Shown: piece after piece, positions 1 through 13,439 of the stretch
Numbering within the stretch: position 1 is the first letter of the stretch
Layout of the letters: each line of letters opens with the position of its first letter
NCBI GenBank assembly: GCA_000320545.1
Contig: ADNK01002758.1
Location: 1 to 64,000 of the forward strand
DNA from: Bigelowiella natans CCMP2755
Taxonomy: Eukaryota; Protista; Cercozoa
DNA: 64,000 bases
Direction of reading: 5' to 3'
The notes under the pieces: generated by a model
Database searches by the model: none
The model's input: the letters and a program-made list of their open reading frames with translations, nothing else
Told to the model about the DNA's origin: nothing
Made by a program: the position numbers and the translations under genes

Positions 1-328
1 CATGGCTTTGGTGATGAAAATGCAGCGCACGCACACAAATGGTTGTGATGCAGCTAGCTTTTTGGTGTGGCGAAAATTTCAACTGTGCGAGCAATCTTTC
101 ATTTTTGCATGGTTGCAAATTCATTCGCTGTGTTTGTGTTCAAACTTCAAGCAGCTGCACATGCTGCATTTCACAAGTGTTGCTAGGTTTCTCGCAACAG
201 GCTAGATCAATTGTCATGCGATGAATCACATTTGTCACTTGAATGTCAAGTGACACCATCGAGGACCACAAAACTGAACAATTGCTGCAAATGAAAGTGG
301 TCTCTTTTTGATGATGATTCAGCAACAA
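1..328. other. TpA-depleted intergenic island 1 (truncated by window start)
   Basis: Almost no TA except in CTAG; TGCA/CATG-rich. Begins directly after the WD40 gene stop. Confidence 0.75.
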
Positions 329-1207
329 CTACGACTGCTCGTCCCAAATTCGAACCGTTTTGTCGTATGAACCAGATACTGTATTTAGAGGCACACAAGA
401 GAGTGACATTCAAGTGAGCATCATCCCTTCCATTGAGTCTGAATTCTCACGATTAGAAGTAAAACAGAAGAGACAACACCATCTTCTTCTTGTGACATAA
501 TTGTATGATTTACATATCACCTAAAATATTGGATTTCGGATGCATATGTAACGATCGAATCATTTTTTTGTGGCCTGATAGTCTGTTGTGATTGGCACAT
601 CATCATCATCATCATCATCATTGTGTCTACAAACACATTACTTAATTAAGATCGACTTTTAAGAAGGAGGAGAATAACATCATCATCTAAAAATTGTCTT
701 GCACAGCGAAGTAATCGCAAACCAACAAATATTTGCAAAATCATCATCATCTTCATCATTGCATTAGAATGGATAACACTACTGCACTCATACATACATA
801 CATTCATACATACTTGGTGAGCACACGTTGCGATGCAACATCCCATGCAACCTGAGGTCAATAATCATGCTCAAATACAAGTACACACAGCACGATTTCA
901 AATTGGTAGAGGAATAAACCAAAGTAGCGGGTTATCATTAGCATTGACAACAGAAGTATTATTGTAAAGCGACGTACAATGGTGTTGTCGTAAGAGCTAG
1001 CGTAAGCCACTGATTGATTTGTATTCAAGACTGCCTGTAGTGATAGTGATAATAGAAATGAAAGAAACTTTGTGTTGTTGAAAGTCGTCTTCTAAAATAT
1101 TAAAAATAACTAAAAACAAACAACATAATTATGATCTTGCTTCGTCGGTGTGTTTTAGTGTGCCGAATACAACAAATAAGAAACAATAATTACGACTACT
1201 CTTACTA

Positions 1208-1244
<37 letters not shown>

Positions 1245-1462
1245 CCGAGGATTGAAGTATTGTCCTGAATCTGCTCCATAAAAATTGCGCACCTGTTTCA
1301 ATGACGTCAGTATTGTTGTTACGGAATAGAAGAGAAAGAGCCAAAATAACATTAACAATGCAGCAGCAAGATATAATCCGATTTTTATCATATATCTTCT
1401 CGTCGTATTTGTGTGCTATTTTACAACCTGTTTCTCGGTTCCGCTAGCAAACATGATAGCCC

Positions 1463-1493
<31 letters not shown>

Positions 1494-1891
1494 TGTGTAC
1501 CAGTAGTAGTAGTAGTAGTTAAGCTCATTGATAGTTGGTGGCTTTTAGGTGCTACACACACACACGCACACTCCTCCTCCTCTTCCTCCTAATACTACTA
1601 CTACTAATGCTACTCGTATTAGCACGTAGAAGTAGCACTTATTACTACCTGTCCTTATCTGTGGCGACTAACAAATACTTTCCATCTTTACTTGAGTTCC
1701 TGTGTTGTTGAAGAAGTACAAATGCTTTCTATCTCTGTGTTAAATAAGTACAAATACTTTCCATCTTTACAGGAGCTAGTAGTTTCCATGGTCATCGGTC
1801 ATGGTTTGTTTGTGCGTGTAGTTGAAGTATTAGTGTTCCAAGAAGTTGATATTATTTGATGATAATTGACCACACACACACACACACACAC

Positions 1892-1936
<45 letters not shown>

Positions 1937-3754
1937 TTCTATTTAGTAAATAAGCATATGAAATAAATATGTTGCCTATTATGAGGTGGTAAATAAGCAT
2001 ATGAAATGAATATGTTTGCCTATTATGAGGTGGTAGTAGTTAGCAGGTGCTGATAGTATTACAGATCTAAAGCTGAGAAGGATACGTGATCATCTCCAAA
2101 TGAATTCATATTAAATCTGAAAATAATAACACCATTGGATATAACAACAGAATTCTAATCTACACACTCACAATCCGGAAAGATAGCGAGCTAATTAATC
2201 ATGGAGTGCTGTTGCTGCAGCATACTTGTTGTTGTTGTTGTTTTTTAAGTGTGCTTCTGAAGTAGTTAATACCGTTGCCCTTTCTTCATGGTTTTGGTGT
2301 CAATCGTGTGGATGTAATTGTCGGACTACATAAAAGATGATTGAGTCGTAAGAGAAGGCAGATACAGTATCATACATCATCGAGTTACGATGGCAGCATA
2401 GAATGATACAACAACTTCCTTCACACACGTCGTCGTGTATGCTAATAATCATCTTCATGGTATGGCTGGGTGTTTACTTAGCACTGTTGCAATTAAGTAC
2501 TACCCCCCCTCCTACTACTACTTCCCATCATATAACAATCATCATATAACTACCTGAAGAGAAACGTAGAGAATGTGTGCAGTTGAACCCCTCCCTGAAT
2601 ATGATGTGATGATGCATCCATATATGATGATTATGATCACAAGTAACTAGGATTATTTTAATACAGAATCATCATCATCATCGTGATCCTGTGAGAATAC
2701 TATTTATCTACACGTTCAACCAGCATCGATTTATCCCGACGACGCATTATTAATGTAGATAACATATGGAAGTAGATAGCAACAGCACTACACAATGATC
2801 AGTGCGCACAATATGATGGTGTCAACAGCAACGTGCTTTAATTCTCAATGTTGATGATGAATGATATGATGGTGTCAACAGCAACGTGCTTTAATTCTCA
2901 ATGTTGATGATGAATGATATGATGGTGTCAACAGCAACGTGCTTTAATTCTCAATGTTGATGATGAATGATATGATGGTGTCAACAGCAACGTGCTTTAA
3001 TTCTCAATGTTGATGATGAATGATATGATGGTGTCAACAGCAACGTGCTTTAATTCTCAATGTTGATGATGAATGATATGATGGTGTCAACAGCAACGTG
3101 CTTTAATTCTCAATGTTGATGATGAATGATATGATGGTGTCAACAGCAACGTGCTTTAATTCTCAATGTTGATGATGAATGATATGATGGTGTCAACAGC
3201 AACGTGCTTTAATTCTCAATGTTGATGATGAATGACTTTTTATGCACATATTATTGTTTTTATCATTACTACTATTATATAGCTGATATGTTGTATGTAT
3301 TTACTACTATTAGTGCACCTCTAGGATACTACTATTTAGTGCTGAAACGTAACAACTAAAACCACCACTTAGATGATCATACCCATCTTCTGTGGTGCTG
3401 CTATAGAATACAAACAACATAAATATGATAAATAAGAATTGATTGATGATTATTACCCCACTCTACACACTCAACACCCCTCCTAAACGGAAATCGTTCC
3501 AATAAGCAGCAACATCCTTCAACGTCCTCCTCTTTTTCTTTCCCTTTCTCCCCACCTTTTGTCGATGATTAGTAGCCAATAAATAAATAAGTAAACATAT
3601 AGTTGTAGTAATAGCAGTAGTGGCAGCAGTTGTAGTAATAGTGCTAGTAATAGCAGTAGTAGTAGTACTAGTACTACTACTAGTAGTAGTTGTTGTATTA
3701 GTTTTAGCAGTAGCAGTTGCTGCTGTTGTTGCTGTTGTTATGGTGGTGGAGAGG

Positions 3755-3810
<56 letters not shown>

Positions 3811-6794
3811 AAAATAAACAATGCTCGTAAAACTGCGGCGACGATTTATCATGATCTCATCTCAAGGGCTATCTTCTACTACTATTCGCATTCAACGTAC
3901 GACGAAAACATGATGCTTCTTATCTACATCTACGGCATCTTCCTTTCTTTTTTGCTCTCTGATGCCTGAGCCTCTTAACAAACTATTATTTTATTATCAA
4001 GCATTAAGTATGGTAGTAACACCTCCTTTCTCTTCTTCTTCTTGTTTTTCTTCTTGTTGTTGATGCTGCTCTTGATACTTCTTTTCATCTACACTGTAAA
4101 GTCTAACCTGTTAAGATTTGTTGTTGATGATGATGAGTTTATGTATGTACCACGTACTGATAATGATGATAATAATAATGATGATTTTTACAATTCACTC
4201 ATGAAATTACTTCCTGGTCATACGAGCATGTGGCAAGTAATGTGCCCTTTGAATTCCATCTCACCCTATTTATTATTATCATTATTATTATTATTTCGGA
4301 TAGCAGCAGACAACAAATCATATACAGTATCTCTATTTTTACAATAGTATCATGGTTTTAAATTGAGATATTGGGCAGTCGCGGTGGTGATGAAAAGCCA
4401 GATATTGTACTACAAGTAAAAAGATGGAACGGAGGGCTTGATGTATAATAATGATCATAACTAGTAATAAATATTGATAATAATAATAATAATAATAATA
4501 ATAAGTTTTTTTATAATGATGATGATGATAATGACACATCATCATAAACCCTCAGCGCAAGTTAGCGGTAGGTAGTAGTTGTTTCTCAAGTGCTGAGCTA
4601 GTAAGAGAAAACAGCTAATCTATAAATCCATCATCGTCATCATCGTCATCATCAACAACAACAACTATTGAACCTGTTGACGTATTTGCCATGCTTAGAG
4701 AATTTAGAAATAATCGTTGGGCTAATTTCCAAAACATCTCTTTCCTCCGTGAAGAGATCGCTCTAGCACACACCATAAGGACAATCACCATCAATGTCAT
4801 TTCTTACTACGTACCAGTTATCTATCAATGTAATACACACTAGAGTAAATTAAGTAGCATATTATTATAAGGGCTGGTGCTTACTACTTCGTGCTGGATT
4901 ATATCACGACATTCAATAATGGTAATCAGACGACGAAGACAACATGGTAGTAGGGCAGTTGCACTGTAAAGTTATTACGAGTAGTATCCTAATTATTATC
5001 ACATTCTAGCTACAACTTCCTACTACCTTTGAGCAGTCTGGAAGCTCTACATCCAGGACATAATGCCCTCCATTCATGCATCCTTGATAGTCATAGCAGC
5101 AGGCAGCAGCAGAGTGGATGATTATGTGTGTATGTGTGTGTGTAACATCACGAATAATATCATAAGATTAACTGGATCAATATATCAGTAGTGTACTAAT
5201 GATATCATAATATCTAGCTGGATATGGAACAGTCAAATATTATTTGTATCTCTAACAGCATCTTACTACCAACGGCCAAGAGATTGTTCTTCGGGTTGAA
5301 GTCCATTGATAGCACTATCCCGCCGTAGTAAACAACAACGACAACAACAACAACAACAACGACACGATCAATCATCAGTTTTTAGCTATCTCCAACGAAT
5401 TAACGAGTAAAGAAAGTAACAAATCTCCATGATCAATTTTGACATCATTTTTGGTCGGTCTTACTCTTCTTACCAGGTGCTTTAAATGTTGACATTCCAC
5501 CAGATAGACAAACTCTTGACTGTAATAATAATCCAAGATGATGAGTATCAAGAAACAACTTAAATAACTTCGTAAGCACTACAATTACAAACAACATAAG
5601 GCGTCATGTGTACCTTTCCAGTCGAGATTTCAGTCATCTTGATGTTGCCCCGCACATCAACACTTGAAACTTGAATTAATCATAACTCAAGTTAAATAAT
5701 ATTACATGTCCTTTTTAAATTGTCGTATCATCCACAACACCACCGCCATCATCCGATATCATGAAACTGCCATCACGTAATTTCAACTTCATAGCTTGAA
5801 AAGCTCGAGAAAATAGACAACTTCATCACAACCTATATTTTGGAATTCTTCACGTTCACAAAATCTAACATCGATGATATTAGAAGTATGGCGTGCTTGA
5901 CTGATCCTAGGTTTCGAGACCGGCTTCAGTGGCCCCCCTTTTGGATTTACGAGTTCTTCCTATTAACGATATAAGAGTAAAAATATGGCACTACTACTAC
6001 TATTACTACAACTGTGATTTACAAATTATCTCAAAATATGGTTCATTCTTCTTCATCAAGATCTTGCATTAGAAATTTAAGTTCTAAGCTACTCTCGTTC
6101 ACCCAAAGTGAAAGGAAACCATATTTTACATAAGCAGCTAAGATGCATCAGATTAGAGGGTAGGCGCAGTAGTGACAGAAGCGATGAAGATGGGGATGAC
6201 AACAATACCTCTAATTTCCTTTCCTCAGAGGCTTTAACGTCCTGTCTGCTATCGTCTTTGCTATTGAGGAATTCTCGATACACAGTTATTGCAGACAAAA
6301 GGTACCCAGATTTATCTCTGGTGTGAATAAGAATGATGGTGAGAGGGTAACAGCAGAAAGGCACGTTGGTGCTCTGAAGTTGTGGAGACAAAAACACTAC
6401 CAATAAATGGGGGGCGGGGGGGGAGGGAGAGAGAGAGATAGAGAAATTAAGGAAGCGCACATGGTTATTGATGGGTTTTAGCAACAACAACAACTAACTA
6501 GAAATTTACGTGGAAGAAGATTCCGTCATGGATTTCACTCCAGACTCCCGCTCCAACTCCTTCCTCGCAGATTCGAACCCATGTTCTTTTGTTTGAAACC
6601 AACAAAAGTTAGAAAGTAAGTAACAGAGGTAGGGTGCAGTCAAGTACTGATTAAGAGTGACTAGTATAACCTTTGAGAAATGTTAGAACGTGCCGGATTA
6701 CATCAATCTTCGATTCTCCGGGTGCCAGCTTGCTGGAACCACCCAGAACGCCGTTGGGGGAGGAGGATGACGAGTCCCGAGAAATCTTCTTCAT
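329..6794 (-). CDS. LisH-domain WD40-repeat protein (multi-exon)
   Basis: Manual splicing. ATG at 6794 MKKISRD...DVIRHVLTFLK|EHGFESARKELERESGV (LisH). WD40 exons: VSSVDVRGNIKMTEISTGK (~5610-5670), VLSMDFNPKNNLLAVG (~5265-5320), ERFPFRRGVECVEW (~3460-3510), SDNYIHTIDTKT, FNMNSFGDDHVSFSALDL (~2063-2118), SKDGKYLLVATDKDR (~1650-1700), KQVRNFYGADSGQYFNPR (~1245-1300), LSGHKKMIRSLHMHPKSNIL (~520-585), VSGSYDKTVRIWDEQS* with stop at 329-331. Some internal exons are unresolved. Confidence 0.85.
2811..3234. repeat. Minisatellite, 8 identical copies of a 53-bp unit, inside the WD40 gene (probably intronic)
   Basis: Unit atatgatggtgtcaacagcaacgtgctttaattctcaatgttgatgatgaatg starts at 2811, 2864, 2917, 2970, 3023, 3076, 3129 and 3182. 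No spacers. Confidence 0.95.
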
Positions 6795-6921
6795 CGGTAA
6801 CGATTTAAATTTGTAGTGGCGAGCGTGTACGGGTGATGTGTTGATACTGCACCAATTAACTACTCAGTTCTGCTTTGGTTCGTTCGTTCTGATGGGGAGG
6901 GAGGGTTATGAGGAGTAGGAC

Positions 6922-7208
6922 GTTGTTGTTGTTGTTGTTGTTGTTGTTGTTATTGTTGTTGTTAGGAAATTCCTAGTATGTTCCTACTGCTTCACTCTCA
7001 CTGAAGTGATTAATTTTGCTATGTTTTGCCATGCAAGTTTTGACTTTCGCAATGTCCGTTATAAGACAACATCCACTATGAAAATCACTTCGGTGTAACA
7101 ACATAGCTGGGAAGTCAAGGGCGCGAACAGAATAACTAACTAACTAACTAACTTTGGTGAAATAACATAGCTGGGAAGTCAAGGACGCGAACAGAATAAC
7201 TAACTAAC
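6922..7208 (+). mobile_element. Short non-coding dispersed repeat (SINE/MITE-like), copy A plus partial tandem duplicate of its right end
   Basis: (GTT)n-taggaaattcctagtatgttcctact...tgactttcgcaatgtccgttataagacaacatcca...catagctgggaagtcaagggcgcgaacagaa(TAAC)n. Homologous to 30332-30451 (reverse) and 30509-30672 (forward). Confidence 0.7.
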
Positions 7209-7350
7209 AACAACACTAACAACTGACTATAGACGTAGATCTAACCAAGGAAATAATGCGACTAGAATAACTAACCAACAACAACACTAACAACAACTGA
7301 CTATAGACGTAGATCTAACCAAGGAAATAATCGACTAGAATAACTAACCA
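7190..7350. repeat. Local tandem duplication (~70 bp x2)
   Basis: aataactaac...aactgactatagacgtagatctaaccaaggaaataat(g)cgactagaataactaacca occurs twice. Confidence 0.8.
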
Positions 7351-7425
7351 CTGCCAACTGCAAAACCAACTATGGAGACGACGAAGGTCATGATGATCAT
7401 GATCATTCATCACGATCATGTGGTC

Positions 7426-7463
<38 letters not shown>

Positions 7464-7642
7464 CGGATATGTGATCAGTCACAATAGAGGATAAATGAAC
7501 GAGCGACAATGGTGGTGAAAGTGGGAATGGTAAAGATGAATTACTACTGCTGAATTTGATGATGATTATGTCTTGAATGTGTTAAGATCCAAATTCTTGG
7601 AAATGGCTCCAAATAGAAACTGGCTCTCACCATTGCACGCTG

Positions 7643-10198
7643 ATGGCAGATAAACTGCCGTGGTGGCTTTATTTAAGCGCATTCCTTGTCGTGTTCAATT
7701 TGGTTGGGTTTGAATTCACATTCAATGGAACAAGAAACTCTCAGCTGAAGAGAAAGTTAATCGAGACTGTTATCAACGCTAATAGAGATATCAATGCAGG
7801 AAATAATATTCTTGAGAGTAGTGATGCATACGACATTACGAGTACATCGGAACAAAATGAAAAGCACACAAATATTGTTGCAGCAGAACATCAACAGGAG
7901 CTTCGAAAAGCGGTAAAAATACTTGCTTTCCAAGAGAGACAGACGTCTTCATATCTGGAAAATTTGTAATAGTTGCATAGTGTATTGATGTGTGTCATCA
8001 TCACTGATATGATATATTCTGCAAATCGTTATACATATCTGCTTCCCAGGAGGAGGAGGAGGGGAATCTGAACGTTGTTTCTGGAGAGAAACCAAAGTCC
8101 AATTCTGCTAATAATGTAAATACTGCTGGGACATCTACTCCTCAGGAGAATGATCGTGATCATTCTCGATCTAAAGTGAAAGCAATCATCACAAACTCGC
8201 TAGACAAAATTCTCAAGAATCCACAAATTAGCCGTAATACAGCCGCTACATCAAGCAACCAGGTCTTGTTGTCCAATGACGATGATAATCACGCCCCAGC
8301 GCAAGCTACTTGTGACTGCTACTCTGCAAGCATTGCCAGATTACTTGGTTGTGAAGGAAGTCAAATCAGAAAACTAGCCAATCCGAAGAAGGTACTTATC
8401 AGAATAATCTCTACCTAGGTAAAGTTACGATGATGAGAAAGAAGAAGAAGAAGAAGAAGAAGAAGAAGAAGAAGAAACAGAAGCTTACTGCCTGATCACT
8501 AACTTTACTTGAAACTTTAATTTAAAATGAAATTGTGAATGGCCTTGATGTGTCAAGTGCCATTGTTGCATGCAGTCTTTACTGTTCTGGACCTGATGAT
8601 GCTCTTGTTGTTGTGTCAAGTGTAATTGTGAATCAAGCAAAAATAAGGAGGAAGTGGCCACAAAAGATCCTCGCCATCTTATTAGAGAAAGGTGAGATTT
8701 CAATTATAGTAGATTTAGAAGAAAGGATGAATGTGATACTGCGCGCACAAGCATAATGCGGTGCAATACGTCGTCGTCGTCGATGTCATCCTATACCACC
8801 ATGCACTAACTACTCTTGAAGGCGAACATGGATCTACATGGCGCTTGAAATATATCAAACACACTGCGCTGCTTCATGCGAAGGTATATAGCTTAATATA
8901 AGTCTTTAATAATATGTTATTGTATATTGATAGCTATGTATTACCACGCCGTCGTCGTCGTCATCATCATCATCACCATCACAAACATGGTGGAGTTCAT
9001 TCTCTTCTTTCACATAATTATTATTATTAAATTATAATTATTATTAAATTATTATCATCCAATTGAAATTCACTCACCAACTCACTACTCGCCTATAGAA
9101 TATACAAATAATAATCAGGCTGTCAATATTTCAACCCCCACATACACAAATAATAATCAGGCAGTCAATATTTCAACCCCCGTACCCATATGGCGGGACT
9201 ATTTTCCCAAGTTCACATGAAATGGAAGGAGGTTATCAAAGATGTGATAAAATGTTGTTGTTGTTGTTGATTTCCAACTTAAATGGTGATATAATAAGAT
9301 GTTAATAATCTCATACTGTCAGGTGGTGTTTGAAGGCTTGAAGTTCCGGCCCACACATCAAAATAGGCTATGGGTAATAATAAGCTCGGAACTATGCACG
9401 TCAAATATATAATAAGCTATGGGTTAGAGCATCTATCCATCCATCCTGTTTATCTCCTCCATCCTCATTTTTCTACTTTATGATCCACCATTTGTAATAA
9501 TAGTAGCCATACCAATCAAACTAGGTGTAACTGATTCGTTTCTCCTAATTTTCTTCCTTATATAATATTTAGATTGCATCGACTGGATGGAAGTATCTTA
9601 ATGCAATTACTTGTCCTACTGGGAAACTATCTTGCTGGTAATAATGAAATAAGTGGGTTTTAAACTTGAAAGATAGTAGTAAAAAGTAATAGCAGTAGTA
9701 GCAGTTGCGAGATAAGTAGTATGTACATATTATTTTCTGAATTTTAGCCACCATTTCACATTATGTTTTTGAGTCATAATAGTGACTGAAAACTATGAGT
9801 TTGAGAGAAGATTATCCTACATCTATTGTGGTATAGTTATTGCATTTCGTCGCCAATACTATTCACAATTATACTTGTAGTAGTAGTGGTAGTAATAGAG
9901 TCATATTGATGAAGATGATTGAAGTGATGGCAGTAGTCTACAATAAGAAGACAAGGAATGGCTACCGATAACGATATTAGGATAATAATAATGATAATAA
10001 TTTAAAAAATATTAGTGTAGCTGCAAGAGGTTTTTAATATCTACAACTTGATTTATAGCTAAATGACAAGTAGTACTGTTTGATGATCATGATCATGATG
10101 ATCATGATCACCATCTTCTTCTTATTACTAGGTTCAAATCCCATAATCCTCTATGTGCCTCAAACGAACAAGAGGCAAAACGATTGGAATCGGGTTGC

Positions 10199-10232
<34 letters not shown>

Positions 10233-10267
10233 GTTATTAGTATTATCAGTTTAAAGTTATATATATT

Positions 10268-10308
<41 letters not shown>

Positions 10309-12944
10309 GTTATGGTGATGATGGTTTCATTTCTCAATCAATCAGCGTATTGTTATTATTCTAGAGTGATTATCATCAGTTGTATTATTACATGGATGAA
10401 TGTGTGGTGATATTGATGATAATGTATGCGTCTTTATAATCTTGACAGAGAGCTACTATACATATATTATGCTTCATGCATACATGTGATTGCTGCACAT
10501 ATATGCGTCACATTGTTTACAAGTGAATTCATAATATATTGATCATGGTAGGTATGAAAAGATTCTCAGAATCTGATCATTTTAAGACGCGCTATGGTAA
10601 TATCACGGATAAGAAGATCTTGGAGGCAACGAAGTTTGCTCAGGTATGATGAGTAGTGCACTGCTGCTGCTGTTGTGAATCAAATACACTTCGCATGGAT
10701 AGGAGGGGCGGAAGAAGGAGATTGCAGCACAATGATTATGTGTAGTCGCAATATGTGATTTAATACGAACTACCATCCTTCTTGTTAAAATTTATAATTA
10801 TTATTTATAATTTGAGATAGTATATTGTGTTTAGTCTTATTTCCCAATGCAACACTAAGACTAACCACAAATGGTAGGTGAAGAAGCAGCTTGAAGCTAC
10901 TAATGGTTTCTTTGCAAGATTTCTAAAAGGGTGGGTGGTTTTCCTTGACATAGATGTTGATTTTCCTCTTCCTCATCATCACCACCATTGTCACGATCAT
11001 GATCATTATCAAATATCACACCTGCTAGCATACATAGTGTCAAGTTATATTATTGATAAACTATAAACTAACCAACATGAAACACCATATATATCACTAC
11101 TAATAGGAATCTTGGTAAGGTGGCATCTGCAGCATCGGGTGTTGAGTTGTTATTTACAGACATAATTGCTGTAACAAATCGATATCTTTTTGAACCTACC
11201 CAATTACTTAAGACTGAAATCTACAGGTGGTAACGATGATGATGATGATGATGACAATGATGATGATTATGATGACATAGTGATTAGACAAGGTGTGAGT
11301 TGGGGGTAAGTTTATTGCTGTGCCTTTTATCTTCTTGGTGATTCTGCATGGGTAAAAATCAAAGACAAAAAGAATGGTGGTGGTGGTACTCGCGGAATTG
11401 GAGAGAACTACTACTCGAAAGATGATCATAATGTTTCTCTATGTTATATCATCATCTGTGATATCATCATTTTGCTACTAAGTACTACTACCTAGAATTG
11501 TACTAATGTCTACATTCGCACTGATCTATGCGCCTTCGTCATTATGCCTAGTTTGTTTAACAATTGATTCTCCATTTATTTATTTTTTATGGCAACGATT
11601 TCCAATTGAATCGCCATTTGTTTACTTATTCAGAGCAATCACTTCCGATTGATGATTCTCCATTTGTTCATTTGTTTAGAGCAATGACTTCTCTAGGGCT
11701 TGTGCCAGGGAGGTTTCTTTCGGTAGTAAGAATTAGGATGTAGGAGATTGGCATAAAGTACAACGAAGACGAAGAAAATGAGTAGTATTAGTAGTATTAG
11801 TAGTAGTAGCATCATCATCTTTCGGGTAGAAGTAGCACCACAGTTAGAAGCATTGTGGAGAGATATCAAGGAAGGAACATTGACAACGAAATTCACACAT
11901 AGTGGTAGTAGTAGTAGTCGTAGTAGTAGCAGCAGCAAAGGACGAAGATCTATTAGTTTCTGCTTTTTTATCCTGATCTGCCTTCCTCTACTATGTGTTT
12001 GTTGTCTTTATTGTTATTGTCATGCTTTGATAGGTAAATTTAAGACGTGGATTAGACAAAGTGTCGGAAGGACTCACTATTCAACCAAAGGAACAAGTCG
12101 CGCTCTTAATCAAACAGCTGTGCAAGAAATATGCAGTTTCAAAAGTGTAATATATGAAAACATACTACCTATCACAAGTAGTAGTGGCATTGCAAATATA
12201 AAAAGGAGGTTACAGTTTAGATTTGTCGGTTTTTACACCGTTCTATACTGGTTCTATACATTAAATTAAATTTCCTCACTGTTTGTTGTGTTATTCATTT
12301 TTTCGGTGATGATACTTACAGATACATAGAAGCATCATAAGTACACTATCGTTCATACGCATATGTTGTTGTGCTGTATTGTAGGTATTTTCTATCTGAC
12401 GACCGTAGCATGCTACAGTGGTTACGGAACCGTTTATCAGTGAAGAATATAGGAGGAGGCGGTGGAAAGCAAGAAGATAAATTATTTGCGAAGGGGATTG
12501 ACATTCTCAACATCCCAAGGAAACGTATTGAGCTCAAAGACAAATGGGATGAGGCGACGTAATGATCATTATCATCCATCAATAAATTTATTGGTCACAC
12601 GCCAAGAATCGAGAACTTAAATTACTTGCTTATAGATGACAAAATCTGTAAATGAGTAGTTTTTTTGTCTTTTATCTTCACCGATTCTTGTGTAATCCGA
12701 CTAATTTTTCACTTACATGATATCAGGTATTTATTTATGAACGTATTTGTTTTGAGCATGGGTTGTCATTTTATTGGCTCTATGACCTCCAATTTAGCAC
12801 GTAATAAAAGTTAAATACATTGTGCAGAAATGTGCCAGACATAAATTTGATTTATGTTCAGGTATGATCGTAGAGATCCAAGCTGCATGGATGGCCTTTT
12901 CTGAAGAAGCACCACCTTTCACTGATCTTGACAAGTACTACTAG
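7643..12944 (+). CDS. GT23 / FUT8-NodZ-like fucosyltransferase, type II membrane protein (multi-exon)
   Basis: N-terminal TM (PWWLYLSAFLVVFNLVGF). Spliced exons give MAGLFSQVH (~9190), CPTGKLSCW, TNRYLFEPTQLLKTEIY, motif I GRFLS|VNLRRGLDKVSE (11710/12034), motif II KVYFLSDDRSML (12386), motif III YLFMNVFVLSMGCHFIGSMTSNLAR (12727-12800), and MIVEIQAAW...FTDLDKYY* with stop at 12942-12944. Confidence 0.75.
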
Positions 12945-13398
12945 TAGGAATCAAGAGATGTGGTGTCGGTGGTGATTATATTAACAGTAGGATTGTTGAA
13001 GGGGGAGGAGGAGGAATGAAACCATAGTGGCATTTGCGATCGATCTGATTGTTGTAGTAGTGAGAAAAACTTATCGGGTAGCAAAGACTATCATCACAGC
13101 CAGTAACAGTAACGTGATTCTGTGGTCGGCGTCGTTTAACATTCATCATTTAGATACACAAATATGGAAGACTTCAAGAATGGGTGGTGGTTCTGTTCTG
13201 GAAATCATTGTGACCTCTGTCAATTCAATGCAAAATTGTCTAGAGTATGTATTAAGAGAACTCCTTGTCCATACTGCAAAAATCCAGACAATACAGATTG
13301 TCCACTGGTAATATATTATCGTGAGATGGGATCAATATGCATGTACTACATGTCTTCTGATATTTTTGTACACACTCACAGACAAGCAAAAACATAGA

Positions 13399-13434
<36 letters not shown>

Positions 13435-13439
13435 CTGTG

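Noticed and set aside
2811-3234. CRISPR-like array
   Set aside because: Head-to-tail identical units with no unique spacers, eukaryotic context and no cas genes. The same applies to 37183-37478.
6520-6590. Nudix box in ESARKELERESG
   Set aside because: The upstream exon makes it a LisH motif (VIRHVLTFLKEHGFESARKELERESG), and the GX5E part of the Nudix box is missing.
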